Source: a virus
Lineage: Duplodnaviria > Caudoviricetes
Length of the DNA stretch: 64,000 bases
IMG/VR virus record: IMGVR_UViG_3300019373_000007
Location: 1 to 64,000 of that record
Reading direction: 5' to 3' (one strand)
A program made the position numbers and the translations under genes. The notes under the pieces are model-generated. The model saw only the letters and a program-made list of their open reading frames with translations, was not told where the DNA came from and ran no database searches. The stretch's first letter is position 1. Each line of letters opens with the position of its first letter. Of the stretch, positions 10,055 to 19,605 are shown piece by piece.

Positions 10055-10765
10055 ATGACAATGAGCGAGATTGTAGATCAAGTTAGTTTCATGCTAGGTC
10101 TTCCTGCTAATGATAATGTAGAGAACTTGCAGATCGAGAAAGCTGTTACTATCGCGTTTCGCGAGCTTAAGCGATATATCAAGACGCCAGTAGAAAAGAC
10201 AGTTCCGTTCAGTAATCGTATCGACCTGAAAGAAGTAGGAATCGAAACCGTGAAGGTGTTGAATGTCCAAGCTGCTTATCCTAGAATAGGCCTAACAATG
10301 AGTTCAATCGACAGCGGTAACGTATTCCAAGTAGCTGCTTCAGTAAATACGTACAGCGCTATTGGCAACACGACATCCATCAACATTGATCCGATAATGA
10401 CGGAGATGGCGATGGCGCAAGTCCGCAACACGTTATCCACTGATTTCCAGTGGGATTATGATCAAGATAACCAAGTTATCTACTGTACACACAGAGATCC
10501 ACGGCCTGCAGCTGTTACTATCAGATATGTTCCAGATTATAAGGATGTATCTGAAATCAAGAGCAACACATGGATCGACTATCTTATCCGAATGAGCGAA
10601 GCTAACATGAAGAAAGCGTTAGGTAGAACCCGTTCCAAGTATAAGATTGCTAGCTCAAATGTAGAACTTGACGGAGATATCCTTCTCCAGGAAGCTAATA
10701 CAGAGCTTGAGGCTATTCGAGCAGAGCTAGAGGCCAAAAAGAACAAGTTAATTATTCTAAACTAA
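10055..10765 (+). CDS. Putative neck / head-tail adaptor (T4 gp13-like)
   Basis: WIDY...LGRTRSKY...VELDGDILLQEA..ELE C-terminus typical of neck proteins. Confidence 0.65.
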   Translation: MTMSEIVDQVSFMLGLPANDNVENLQIEKAVTIAFRELKRYIKTPVEKTVPFSNRIDLKEVGIETVKVLNVQAAYPRIGLTMSSIDSGNVFQVAASVNTYSAIGNTTSINIDPIMTEMAMAQVRNTLSTDFQWDYDQDNQVIYCTHRDPRPAAVTIRYVPDYKDVSEIKSNTWIDYLIRMSEANMKKALGRTRSKYKIASSNVELDGDILLQEANTELEAIRAELEAKKNKLIILN

Positions 10766-10778
10766 TTGGAGGTACGTT

Positions 10779-11144
10779 ATGTATATTCAGAAATCTTCTA
10801 AGAAGGTAAATACCCGTAGCCGCAAGATCAAGGCTGAGGATGAAGTAATTGTTGATGACGTTCAGGACGATGCAGGCGAGGTTGAGGTAGCTCCTGAAGC
10901 TACTGATCTGCTTTTCGAGGCTGAGGACGTTGCAGAGCTCATCGCTGAAGTTACCGGCGAGGATGTAGCTGTAGAAGTAGACGACGACAAGGTTACTTTC
11001 GAGGTAGCTGATGACACCTTCGAAGTAGTTCCTGAGGGAGATGAGGAGATCTTAGAGGCATCTCGCAAGGTACTCAAGGGCAAGAAGTCTGTTAAGGCAT
11101 CTCGCAAGGTTGTTTCTCGCCGCCCAATCCCGCGCCGTAAGTAA
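10779..11144 (+). CDS. Acidic scaffold/internal-protein-like
   Basis: Acidic core, basic ends, repeated IKAE/LEAS/VKAS motifs. Confidence 0.5.
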   Translation: MYIQKSSKKVNTRSRKIKAEDEVIVDDVQDDAGEVEVAPEATDLLFEAEDVAELIAEVTGEDVAVEVDDDKVTFEVADDTFEVVPEGDEEILEASRKVLKGKKSVKASRKVVSRRPIPRRK

Positions 11145-11253
11145 TTACCGCTATCAAAGCTAGCGGCTGCCGGTTTCCCCCGACCGCTGGTTTTGTGAAT
11201 ACAGTCGCCTGTGGGAATGACCCTGCAGGCGGCTTTTAAGTTATGGAGAAACA

Positions 11254-12570
11254 ATGAGTGATGTAGACAATAAGACAACTGTAGAAGCAGGAGTGCTTTC
11301 TAATTTAGTTGATCTATTCTTCAAAGGGATGGGGAAGATCTTAGATTACGCAGCAGAATATCAAGAGGAGATGGGTGTGCTCAAATCCATTACACGAATG
11401 CCTGTGGCAGACGCTGATGGAGAAGAATACACATTCGTAGTGAAACTATCTCCTGTACGTGATAAGGAGAATACATTCTATGTAGAGTCTGAGGTCCTTG
11501 ATAGAGAAGATAAGCCCGTATCTGGGTTCAATTTAGATGAAATAAATAAGAAAGCCCTTCTTATCAATCGTCAGAATCAGTCAGAATTCGACAAGCGAAT
11601 TGAGCAAGTCCTCAAGAAGAACAAACTTACAAGAATCGACAAAAATAGCGAAGCTGATGAATACGACATTGTAGCTGCTTACGCAGACGATGAAGAGCAT
11701 ACAGTTACTATTCATGTCACAGAAACCCCTGTCCAAGGTCAGAAGGACAAATTCGTCGTAGACGTGGATCCAGAAGAGCCGATTGTAACACCGAAATTCA
11801 ATTCTGATAAGGTGCGACGCTCTTCTGAAATTGATGATGCCATTGACAAATGGCTGGAAGATAATGGTATGTTTAGATTGACGGAGGATGAGATGATGGA
11901 GAATCCAGCAGAACAGGAAAACATTCCAGCAAGCAAATCCATTGACGTAACACTTCGCAAGATAACTGCATCTAACGAAGTGGAGCTAGTAGCATCTAAG
12001 ATAAGATGCAATGTAACAGCAGCAGCTGATATGCTCTCCGAAGTAAGCTACGCAGATGATTTCCTCGACCAGCTTACGGAAGAGCCTACTACATATCGCA
12101 TCACAGAGTACGATGATGACTATGATGTAGAGAAGTTAGATGAAGACATCGAGCAAGAAGATGTCTTGGGTGAGTTTGCATCTATGGTGAATGCATGTAA
12201 GACCAACATTGACTACGTGTTAGACGCGCTTTCATTAGCATCTCCTGACGATTCCCCATATGCAATCAGTAGCCCACGATACGCAGCAGAGAGCATGCTT
12301 GCAAACGTCAAGGAGTGGTACTTCGCAAAGAATAAGAAGTACTTGCCAAATCCTATTCCACCAACCGACGTAGTTGATCCTATACAGATTGATGCACCGA
12401 TAACACGTCCGGAAGATGCATATCCGTATATGCGCATAGCATACACGCAGTTCGAAGATGTACTCAATCTAATGTATCCGAACCTAGAGCATCAGCAGCA
12501 AGCTGCTATCGACGACGCTCTATTGACAGTAGATCGAGTACTAGCAAAAGTAGGACTTACAGTTGAATAA
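11254..12570 (+). CDS. Large acidic hypothetical virion protein
   Basis: 438-aa ORF with IPAS/ITAS/LVAS motifs. Confidence 0.55.
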   Translation: MSDVDNKTTVEAGVLSNLVDLFFKGMGKILDYAAEYQEEMGVLKSITRMPVADADGEEYTFVVKLSPVRDKENTFYVESEVLDREDKPVSGFNLDEINKKALLINRQNQSEFDKRIEQVLKKNKLTRIDKNSEADEYDIVAAYADDEEHTVTIHVTETPVQGQKDKFVVDVDPEEPIVTPKFNSDKVRRSSEIDDAIDKWLEDNGMFRLTEDEMMENPAEQENIPASKSIDVTLRKITASNEVELVASKIRCNVTAAADMLSEVSYADDFLDQLTEEPTTYRITEYDDDYDVEKLDEDIEQEDVLGEFASMVNACKTNIDYVLDALSLASPDDSPYAISSPRYAAESMLANVKEWYFAKNKKYLPNPIPPTDVVDPIQIDAPITRPEDAYPYMRIAYTQFEDVLNLMYPNLEHQQQAAIDDALLTVDRVLAKVGLTVE

Positions 12571-12688
12571 TCTTCCTTTCTATACATAATACTTTTCACC
12601 ATCGCAATCAGGAGTAGCGCAGAGATGTGCTGCTCCTGTTTTGCGTAGAAATCGTTATGTATCGACACTAAGAAGGGAGGCAAATAGT

Positions 12689-13180
12689 ATGCGTGTAGAA
12701 GATACAATTCGGCAAGAGTGTTGTGAATTCCATGAACCAGATGTGCTGAATACTTACATCCACGGAGGAGCTGCAGAAGTTGTCCTACTAGCACCTTCAG
12801 GAAAGTGTCATAAGTATGCTTTCTTACGGCCTACAGACCCCGGTGAATTTCCGGAATCATACATATTTGTATTCTCTGTAGGGAAGGACCACAAGAATTA
12901 CATCGGGCTGTTAGATGGCGATGAATTCCGTCTAACTAAGCGATCAAAGTTCAATGACCGTACAGAAGTAGTCAGAGGAATCAGATACCTAGTCCGCATG
13001 GCTACAGAAGAGGAATTGATCCATACGACTCCGATGGTTGCATATCATGAAGGAAGATGCGGTAGATGTGGCCGAAAGATAACACAAGAGCAATTCTGCA
13101 AACGCGGTTTCGGAAAAGGATGTTGGCGAGCTTTAATGAATAGCGAAGATGTGGGCACACAATCAGTACCTTTTCAATAA
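12689..13180 (+). CDS. DUF6011-like zinc-ribbon protein
   Basis: GRCGRCGRKIT...RGFGKGC C-terminus. Confidence 0.6.
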   Translation: MRVEDTIRQECCEFHEPDVLNTYIHGGAAEVVLLAPSGKCHKYAFLRPTDPGEFPESYIFVFSVGKDHKNYIGLLDGDEFRLTKRSKFNDRTEVVRGIRYLVRMATEEELIHTTPMVAYHEGRCGRCGRKITQEQFCKRGFGKGCWRALMNSEDVGTQSVPFQ

Positions 13181-13538
13181 ACTAGCAGACCAAGTAGGCA
13201 ATAGATACTTAGCTGTCAAGTTCCTAGCACGTGCATCTAGAAACTTAGCTCGCAACTATGATGTATGCGCACTTGAATCAGAACTGCTTACTTGGGCACT
13301 TACTGGAGACCTACCTGATTTGACTCAGCGGAAGTATCAGTCGCTTAGGAGCCAAGAAATATACAACCTCTACGATACGATGAGCTACGTACAGGACAAA
13401 GAAGTAGTAGATACAGTCGTAGAAGGATACAAACAATCAGTCAAAGCCCATCACCTTTTATATCACCAGAATCCTAGCCTAGATGAGTTCAGGCAAGGAA
13501 GGGCAAACATATTGCTCAGGATGGTCTGGGCAATGTAG
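13149..13538 (+). CDS. RNA polymerase omega subunit-like protein
   Basis: LADQVGNRYLAVKFLARASRNL resembles the RpoZ N-terminal motif. Confidence 0.5.
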   Translation: MWAHNQYLFNKLADQVGNRYLAVKFLARASRNLARNYDVCALESELLTWALTGDLPDLTQRKYQSLRSQEIYNLYDTMSYVQDKEVVDTVVEGYKQSVKAHHLLYHQNPSLDEFRQGRANILLRMVWAM

Positions 13539-13555
13539 ATTGGAGGATATATTTC

Positions 13556-14032
13556 ATGGCTGAAAAAGATACAGAAAAGAAAGCAGCTGAAGCTAAAAAG
13601 GAAGAGCCTAAGAAGGCAGAAGCAAAGAAAGCTGAAGAGAAGAAAGCTGAAGCTCCGAAGAAAGAAGAGCCGAAGAAAGCTGAGGATAAAAAGGCCGAGG
13701 AGAAGAAAGCTGAAGCTCCTAAGCAGGAAGCTAAGCCTGTAGAAGAGAAGAAGGCCGAGGAGCCAAAGAAGGAAGAGCCAAAGAAGGAAGAACCGGAAAA
13801 GAAAGAAGAAAAGAAAGAAGAGCCGAAGAAGGCTGAGGAAGAGAAGCCAGCTGAGGGCAAAATCGAATTTGTAAAGCGAATCCGCATTTACACTGCTCCG
13901 TCAGCTACACTCCCGCCAGTGATTTTCACAGGAAATGTAGTTGTTGGTGAGAAAGTCAATGACGAGATGACTCGTGTAGAGTATGTTAAGGCCGGATTCG
14001 GTAAAGTTGTTGGTTACACAGACCAGATTTAA
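13556..14032 (+). CDS. Low-complexity K/E/A/P repeat protein with small beta domain
   Basis: KKEEP/KKAE repeats then short SH3-like tail. Confidence 0.6.
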   Translation: MAEKDTEKKAAEAKKEEPKKAEAKKAEEKKAEAPKKEEPKKAEDKKAEEKKAEAPKQEAKPVEEKKAEEPKKEEPKKEEPEKKEEKKEEPKKAEEEKPAEGKIEFVKRIRIYTAPSATLPPVIFTGNVVVGEKVNDEMTRVEYVKAGFGKVVGYTDQI

Positions 14033-14144
14033 TCTCTGGCGTGTCTTGTTAACTCCTAACGTAGAAGAAGTAGCTGAACCTTTCATAAAGGTGGAGCTAC
14101 TTTTTCTATGTTTCATGGTATTTTGGGGAAGGAGGGAACACAAG

Positions 14145-14456
14145 ATGAAGTCAGGAAAAAGAGAAAAGCGACACAAGAGATGGACATTCTTCCGAGACAA
14201 CGCATCGCTGCTTATAGTTCTACTATCATTCACAATAGTTTTAGCATTCAGTGTTGTTGTCCTTGTGTTAGCTGGCAGGGGCCTTGAAGTCTCTGCAACA
14301 TTGATTGAGCAGTTTTTCCGATTCTTTGGATTCGAACTTCTTGCACTTTCTGGAATCAAGGTAAGCAAGAATGTACGTATGATCTTCAATCCAGAATCCG
14401 AACCTGATCAATTAGACGAATCAATGATTGATGAAAATTCTGAAATAGGAGGTTAA
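14145..14456 (+). CDS. Two-TM membrane protein of the lysis cassette
   Basis: Two hydrophobic segments; upstream of holin. Confidence 0.55.
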   Translation: MKSGKREKRHKRWTFFRDNASLLIVLLSFTIVLAFSVVVLVLAGRGLEVSATLIEQFFRFFGFELLALSGIKVSKNVRMIFNPESEPDQLDESMIDENSEIGG

Positions 14457-14461
14457 CTATT

Positions 14462-14761
14462 ATGACAATGGTATCTTTTCTTACAATGTTGTCTGCATTC
14501 GCAGTTATCTCTGGTCTAGTTGTAGAAGCAGCTAAGAAGATTGTTCCTACACTCACAGAGAAGAGCACTAATATTGTTGCACTTGTTGTAGCATTGATTA
14601 TCGGCACAATAGGCACTCTTGTTTACTATCAGCTCGGAGCGATTCCGTTTACTGTTAACAATATCATCTACGCTGTTCTGATGGGATTAGCAAGCGGTCT
14701 TGTTTCTATGGTAGGCTATGATAAAGTGAAACAGGCTATTGAGCAGTTAGGAGGTAAATAA
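14462..14761 (+). CDS. Holin
   Basis: Three TM helices, VEAAKK and GYDKVKQ motifs, directly before endolysin. Confidence 0.75.
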   Translation: MTMVSFLTMLSAFAVISGLVVEAAKKIVPTLTEKSTNIVALVVALIIGTIGTLVYYQLGAIPFTVNNIIYAVLMGLASGLVSMVGYDKVKQAIEQLGGK

Positions 14762-14762
14762 T

Positions 14763-15731
14763 ATGTCAACAATTATTGGAAGCGCTAGAATAGACGAGCG
14801 TGGAAAAATCAGCGGAGGAGCTGCTGGTGACTCTAAGCAGACTAGCACTCCTGACTACAGAGGCGAAGTATCCATGCAATCGTTTTATGTGCATAGACAG
14901 GGCTGGTACATTCTGCGCCCGAAGTCAGATTCTATTGCACAAGGCATTGCAAACGCAATGGTAACTGCATGCAATAACAAGAATCTCGGATATGATCAGA
15001 ATCAGAGATTAGGAGTAATCACACACGGCGTCGGCTCTACTGTCCGCACGGAATGTGACTGCTCTGCTCTTATTCGTGCTTGTATCATTGCAGCAGCTAA
15101 AGTAGATGTAGGTAACTTCACTACTGCAAATGAAGCATCTGTGCTCACTAAGTCCGGATTGTTCCAGCCTGCAGTCAAGTTTGTATCTGAGTCAAAGACT
15201 CCGTTGTACACAGGTGATGTCCTTGTAACTTGTACCAGAGGCCATACAGTAGTTGTAACATCTGGAAAATCCAGAATTCAGCCCGCACCCGCACCGGCTC
15301 CGTCGGCTAGCGGAAGCTACTATAGCAAATATACAGGGCCAAGCGGATCCATTACAGTTGCACTTGCTGCAGTAGGTGAAAAGGACACATCCATGACCAA
15401 CCGCAAGAAGATCGCAGCTGCTAATGGAATCAACAACTATTCCGGAACATCCGATCAGAATATCAAGATGCTCAACCTGCTTAAATCTGGAGCTCTTAAG
15501 AAAGCAACTGGATCATCTTCATCGGGTACTACATCTAACAAGTATCCTAAGTATACAGGTACATCTACAAGCATCGTAACTGCTCTTGCAGCGGTCGGTG
15601 AGAAAGATACATCTATGACTCACAGACGCAAGATTGCAGCAGCTAATGGATTCACCGCATATAGCGGCACACAATCCCAGAATACTAAGTTAGTCAACTT
15701 ACTCAAAGCAGGTAACCTCATGAGGGCTTAG
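14763..15731 (+). CDS. Endolysin (NlpC/P60-like peptidase with two DUF3597-like repeats)
   Basis: GYDQ..DCSA..GHT catalytic pattern; duplicated KYTG.S.SI..AL..VGEKDTS...IAAANG domain. Confidence 0.85.
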   Translation: MSTIIGSARIDERGKISGGAAGDSKQTSTPDYRGEVSMQSFYVHRQGWYILRPKSDSIAQGIANAMVTACNNKNLGYDQNQRLGVITHGVGSTVRTECDCSALIRACIIAAAKVDVGNFTTANEASVLTKSGLFQPAVKFVSESKTPLYTGDVLVTCTRGHTVVVTSGKSRIQPAPAPAPSASGSYYSKYTGPSGSITVALAAVGEKDTSMTNRKKIAAANGINNYSGTSDQNIKMLNLLKSGALKKATGSSSSGTTSNKYPKYTGTSTSIVTALAAVGEKDTSMTHRRKIAAANGFTAYSGTQSQNTKLVNLLKAGNLMRA

Positions 15732-15885
15732 GCCAAATCCTTCCCCTAGGCACTTGTTAAAACGAGGCCCTAGCTTTAGTTGAATAGATACAGCAAGCTA
15801 ACCCCAACGGCTTGCTGTATTTCTATGTTTGAAGAAAAATCGTTAAGTGATCGCAGAGTATATCACTACTATGAGGTCAACAAAG

Positions 15886-17490
15886 ATGAATTTCAATCCA
15901 GAACAGTTAGAAGCAATCAATGACGACAGCCTGCACATCCTATGTCTCGCGGGTGCTGGTGCGGGCAAGTCAACAACGATGGTATCTAGAGTAAAGAGAC
16001 AAGTCGATAGCGGAGTCCCTTACTACTCAATCCTAGTGCTAACTTTCACTAATGCAGCTGCATTTTCAATGAAAGAGAAATACAAGAAGCTTCCAGGAGT
16101 AGATCCAAAGCACATGCCCGAATTCAGAACATTCCACGCCTTCTGCTATTCACTGTTAGTGAAAGACAAAGAAGTTAGACGAAAGCTAGGCTACAAAGAA
16201 ATACCTGACATCTGTGACGAGAAGGATATCAAGAAACTCGAATCACTAGTACGGCAGAAGACACACTGCACTGTTCCAGAAGCTAGACTAGAAGCATCTA
16301 ACCTAACAGACAAAGAACAGTTTGAAGTAGATACATACAAGAAAGAGCTCAGACGACAGGTCAGAGAGCAGAATATTATCACATTCGATATGTTATGCTA
16401 TAATGTCTGCGCGTTATTCGAGAAGGATGAAGAGTGCATCAAACGATACAAAGAGCAGTATAAGTATATTGTTGTAGATGAGACTCAGGACATGGATCCG
16501 AAGCAGTTCAGATTTGTAGCGTCATTCCCGGAGACCTGCCATGTTTACCTAGTCGGCGACGTCTTGCAAAATATCTATCAATTTCGTAATTGCACAAATG
16601 AATTCATTAAGATGCTATCAATAGATCCGACATGGAAAGTATTGAAGCTTCATTCTAACTATCGATCTACTAGACAGATATGCGAATTTGCTAACAGATT
16701 CAGCAAGCGATACGCAGATCCATCATATAGAATCGAGATGGAAGGACAGCGAGACGGGGACAAGGTAGAAGTGATTTACGGGTCACATTGTAACTATAAG
16801 TCACCTGTCGATAAGAACCACCTCGATATGCTGGTTGATCGCCTCAAAGAGAATAACAAAGAGGAGTCCGCCATACTTTGTCGTACAAACAATGAAGTTA
16901 AGATGATCAGCCAGAGATTACGTGAAGAAGATATACAGTTCAATTCATCTACTAAGTTAAGCGATGTTCTTGAGCTTCTCAACTGTGCTCTCGACAATGG
17001 ATACATGATGGATTGGTTGTCAACATTCCTTACATCAGAGGAGTATGCTAATTACATTCGACTTAGCGAGATTGAAAAGAAGGTTGACATCCGATGGTTC
17101 CTTAAGAATTATGGATCCAAGGAGCCTATCAAAGGGCATAGCCAGAAGATCATTCAGATTAGAAAGTACCTCAACACAGGAGAAGATTCCGCAACTAAGT
17201 TTAACAATATCACCAAGCTGCTCAAGATTAAGACCAAATGTAAATTCGACAAGAAAGCCGAATACACTAATCGACAGTTGCTAGAATCCATTAGAGACCA
17301 GATAGAAGAACAAGAAGGCAGAAACATCTACGTAGGTACTATTCACTCAGCAAAGGGACTTGAGTGGTCTACTGTCTACGTCATGGGAGCAGATGACGGA
17401 ATGTTCCAGCTGAATTCAGAAGAGATGAAGAATCTATACTATGTAGCAATAACAAGAGCCAAGAATCACTTAGTAGTATTTAGAGCATAG
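15886..17490 (+). CDS. UvrD/Rep/PcrA-family helicase
   Basis: AGAGAGKS, TFTNAAA, VDETQD, NYRST, TIHSAKGLEW, YVAITRAK. Confidence 0.95.
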   Translation: MNFNPEQLEAINDDSLHILCLAGAGAGKSTTMVSRVKRQVDSGVPYYSILVLTFTNAAAFSMKEKYKKLPGVDPKHMPEFRTFHAFCYSLLVKDKEVRRKLGYKEIPDICDEKDIKKLESLVRQKTHCTVPEARLEASNLTDKEQFEVDTYKKELRRQVREQNIITFDMLCYNVCALFEKDEECIKRYKEQYKYIVVDETQDMDPKQFRFVASFPETCHVYLVGDVLQNIYQFRNCTNEFIKMLSIDPTWKVLKLHSNYRSTRQICEFANRFSKRYADPSYRIEMEGQRDGDKVEVIYGSHCNYKSPVDKNHLDMLVDRLKENNKEESAILCRTNNEVKMISQRLREEDIQFNSSTKLSDVLELLNCALDNGYMMDWLSTFLTSEEYANYIRLSEIEKKVDIRWFLKNYGSKEPIKGHSQKIIQIRKYLNTGEDSATKFNNITKLLKIKTKCKFDKKAEYTNRQLLESIRDQIEEQEGRNIYVGTIHSAKGLEWSTVYVMGADDGMFQLNSEEMKNLYYVAITRAKNHLVVFRA

Positions 17491-17508
17491 AGTTAGGAGG
17501 AATATTAC

Positions 17509-17823
17509 ATGAACTCAATTGATATTGTACCAGGAAGTATGACTGAAAAGCTTCTGACTAGTATATCTAGACGGCTTTCAGGAAGAGATGATTGCAAGGA
17601 CGAAGTATACATCGTCAAGATTGACTATCGAGGTGTAGTCATGAAGCCTGTGATTACTGTGTATCCGAATCGTTATCATCGACATGAACACGATAAGCTA
17701 GACATAGTGTCGTGGGTTCATCAAGAAGTGCTACCGAATATTAACTTATCACAGTTAGTCTTCGGAACATATAAGTACGAGAAACTAGGAAACAGCAAGA
17801 AAAGGAGTTGGCATAAGGTATGA
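17509..17823 (+). CDS. Hypothetical protein
   Basis: ORF with strong RBS, coupled to next gene. Confidence 0.6.
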   Translation: MNSIDIVPGSMTEKLLTSISRRLSGRDDCKDEVYIVKIDYRGVVMKPVITVYPNRYHRHEHDKLDIVSWVHQEVLPNINLSQLVFGTYKYEKLGNSKKRSWHKV

Positions 17824-19604
17824 AAATCAAATCAATCAGTTTCACAAACTTCCATCGAGGGGGCACATTTGTCTATCAGTTGAATGATGCAGCTACTTAC
17901 TTCGTAGGTCCGAATGGCGCAGGAAAGTCTACTATTCTTGAAGCAATCCAGTTAGCACTGCTCGGATACATTCCAGGATATGCAAAGACCAACGAAGGAA
18001 TCATGAAGCATTGCGTCAGCAACAACTTATCTGTTATCGTTGAGCTTGAAGGACGCGAGTCAGTATCCATCACACGTCAGTGGATTCGCTCAGGGTCATC
18101 AGTCAAGTCAACTGTAATAACTGATCCGGAGCAGTACAATGTGGAGGACATCCTCAACGAAGTAGAACTTCCTATTTACAATTTCAGTGAGTTCACTAAT
18201 CTGACAGCTAACAAGCTGAAGGAGTGGTTCATCAAATTCCTGCCTAATGAGGCTGGCGACATCGACTGGGATACAGAATTATCAGAATCTCTTTCCGATT
18301 CTGCTATCTGCTCCCCTACATTGCTTGAGTCAGTGAAGATCATCATTGACGAAGTAACAGAATCCGGAAAGGAAGGAATTGACTTAGTAGTCGGCGTTAA
18401 CGCTAAGCTTAAAGACGCTGTGTCATTCAACAAGGGTCAGTTGCAGCGTTTGCAGGGCACAATCAATTCACTTGTCCACTATGACGACACAGACAATGAC
18501 GACGAAGATGAGATCAATGAATCTATTGCTGCATTGACTAAGCTCAGAAGTGAAGTAGTCCAGTGGAATACACAGTATGAGCCGATTCGAGAGAGAATCG
18601 CTAACATGCTGCTGCCTGCGAGTCGTCCAGACGAGGACCAGGAGATTATTGAGCTAGCTACAACCGTAACTATATTAGAGAGGAAAGAGGCTGATTTAGG
18701 ACTTAAGATCGCCGAGCTACGCAAGGAATATAATGAGAAGTCTGCTGAGTATGCTCAGGTAACTGCTATTCGAGACTACACTTGTCCATACACAAAAGAA
18801 CAGTGCGATAGCATTAAGGCAATGTTCGAAGATAATCAAGCTAAGGCCAAGAAGATCTACGACGAAGTAGCTGCACTTACAGAATCCATCAATGCTCTTC
18901 AGCAGGAGAAGAATGCAATCTCACGTGAGTTGATGGCTGCTCAATCTAAGAAAGAGAACAAGGAGAGCCAGTATCGTACATTAGCTACTTATCAGAGTAT
19001 GCTTAAGGATGCGCCTCAGGCTGCTCCGTCCGACAGAACCGTAGAGGACATTGACGCAGAATTAGCTTCACTCAACGAGCGAGTAAAGAAGTTGGGTGCG
19101 AATCGCATGTTCAATGAACTCAGTGATAAGCTAACTAGCGAAAAGTTTGAGCTTGAGAATGATATCAAGTGCTTGAATGATTGGGTCAAGCTGACAGGCG
19201 CTAACGGATTGCAGAATCGCCTCATTGCAGCTCCATTCAGCCAGTTGAAAGATGACATGACAGACTACTTGACGAAGTTCTTCAAAGATGACGTAGCTGC
19301 TGCATTCAACGTAAGCGAGAAGAACAACTCATTCAGCTTCGGAATCACTCGAGACAGCAAGTATGTTGAATACGCATCCTTATCATCAGGAGAGAAGTGC
19401 TTATTCACTTTAGCAATGATGAATTGCTTGCTGAAGTGTTCTGGATGTGATCTCCAGGTAATCATTGTAGACGACTTATTGGATCACCTTGACGGAGATA
19501 ACGCTACTCAGTTATTTGATCTCATTTCATCACAGCATGGCGTACAGTACATCCTTGCCGGAGTACAGCCTTGCGCTACTGCTTCTATTATTCAGGAGGT
19601 GTAG
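17820..19604 (+). CDS. SbcC/Rad50-like SMC ATPase
   Basis: GPNGAGKST, coiled coil with CPY...C hook, LSSGEK signature, IIVDD Walker B. Confidence 0.9.
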   Translation: MKIKSISFTNFHRGGTFVYQLNDAATYFVGPNGAGKSTILEAIQLALLGYIPGYAKTNEGIMKHCVSNNLSVIVELEGRESVSITRQWIRSGSSVKSTVITDPEQYNVEDILNEVELPIYNFSEFTNLTANKLKEWFIKFLPNEAGDIDWDTELSESLSDSAICSPTLLESVKIIIDEVTESGKEGIDLVVGVNAKLKDAVSFNKGQLQRLQGTINSLVHYDDTDNDDEDEINESIAALTKLRSEVVQWNTQYEPIRERIANMLLPASRPDEDQEIIELATTVTILERKEADLGLKIAELRKEYNEKSAEYAQVTAIRDYTCPYTKEQCDSIKAMFEDNQAKAKKIYDEVAALTESINALQQEKNAISRELMAAQSKKENKESQYRTLATYQSMLKDAPQAAPSDRTVEDIDAELASLNERVKKLGANRMFNELSDKLTSEKFELENDIKCLNDWVKLTGANGLQNRLIAAPFSQLKDDMTDYLTKFFKDDVAAAFNVSEKNNSFSFGITRDSKYVEYASLSSGEKCLFTLAMMNCLLKCSGCDLQVIIVDDLLDHLDGDNATQLFDLISSQHGVQYILAGVQPCATASIIQEV

Positions 19605-19605
19605 G

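Noticed and set aside
13556-13860. Tandem DNA repeat element, or minus-strand ORF 13516-13887
   Set aside because: Explained by low-complexity KKEEP/KKAE coding on the + strand; the minus ORF is its shadow.
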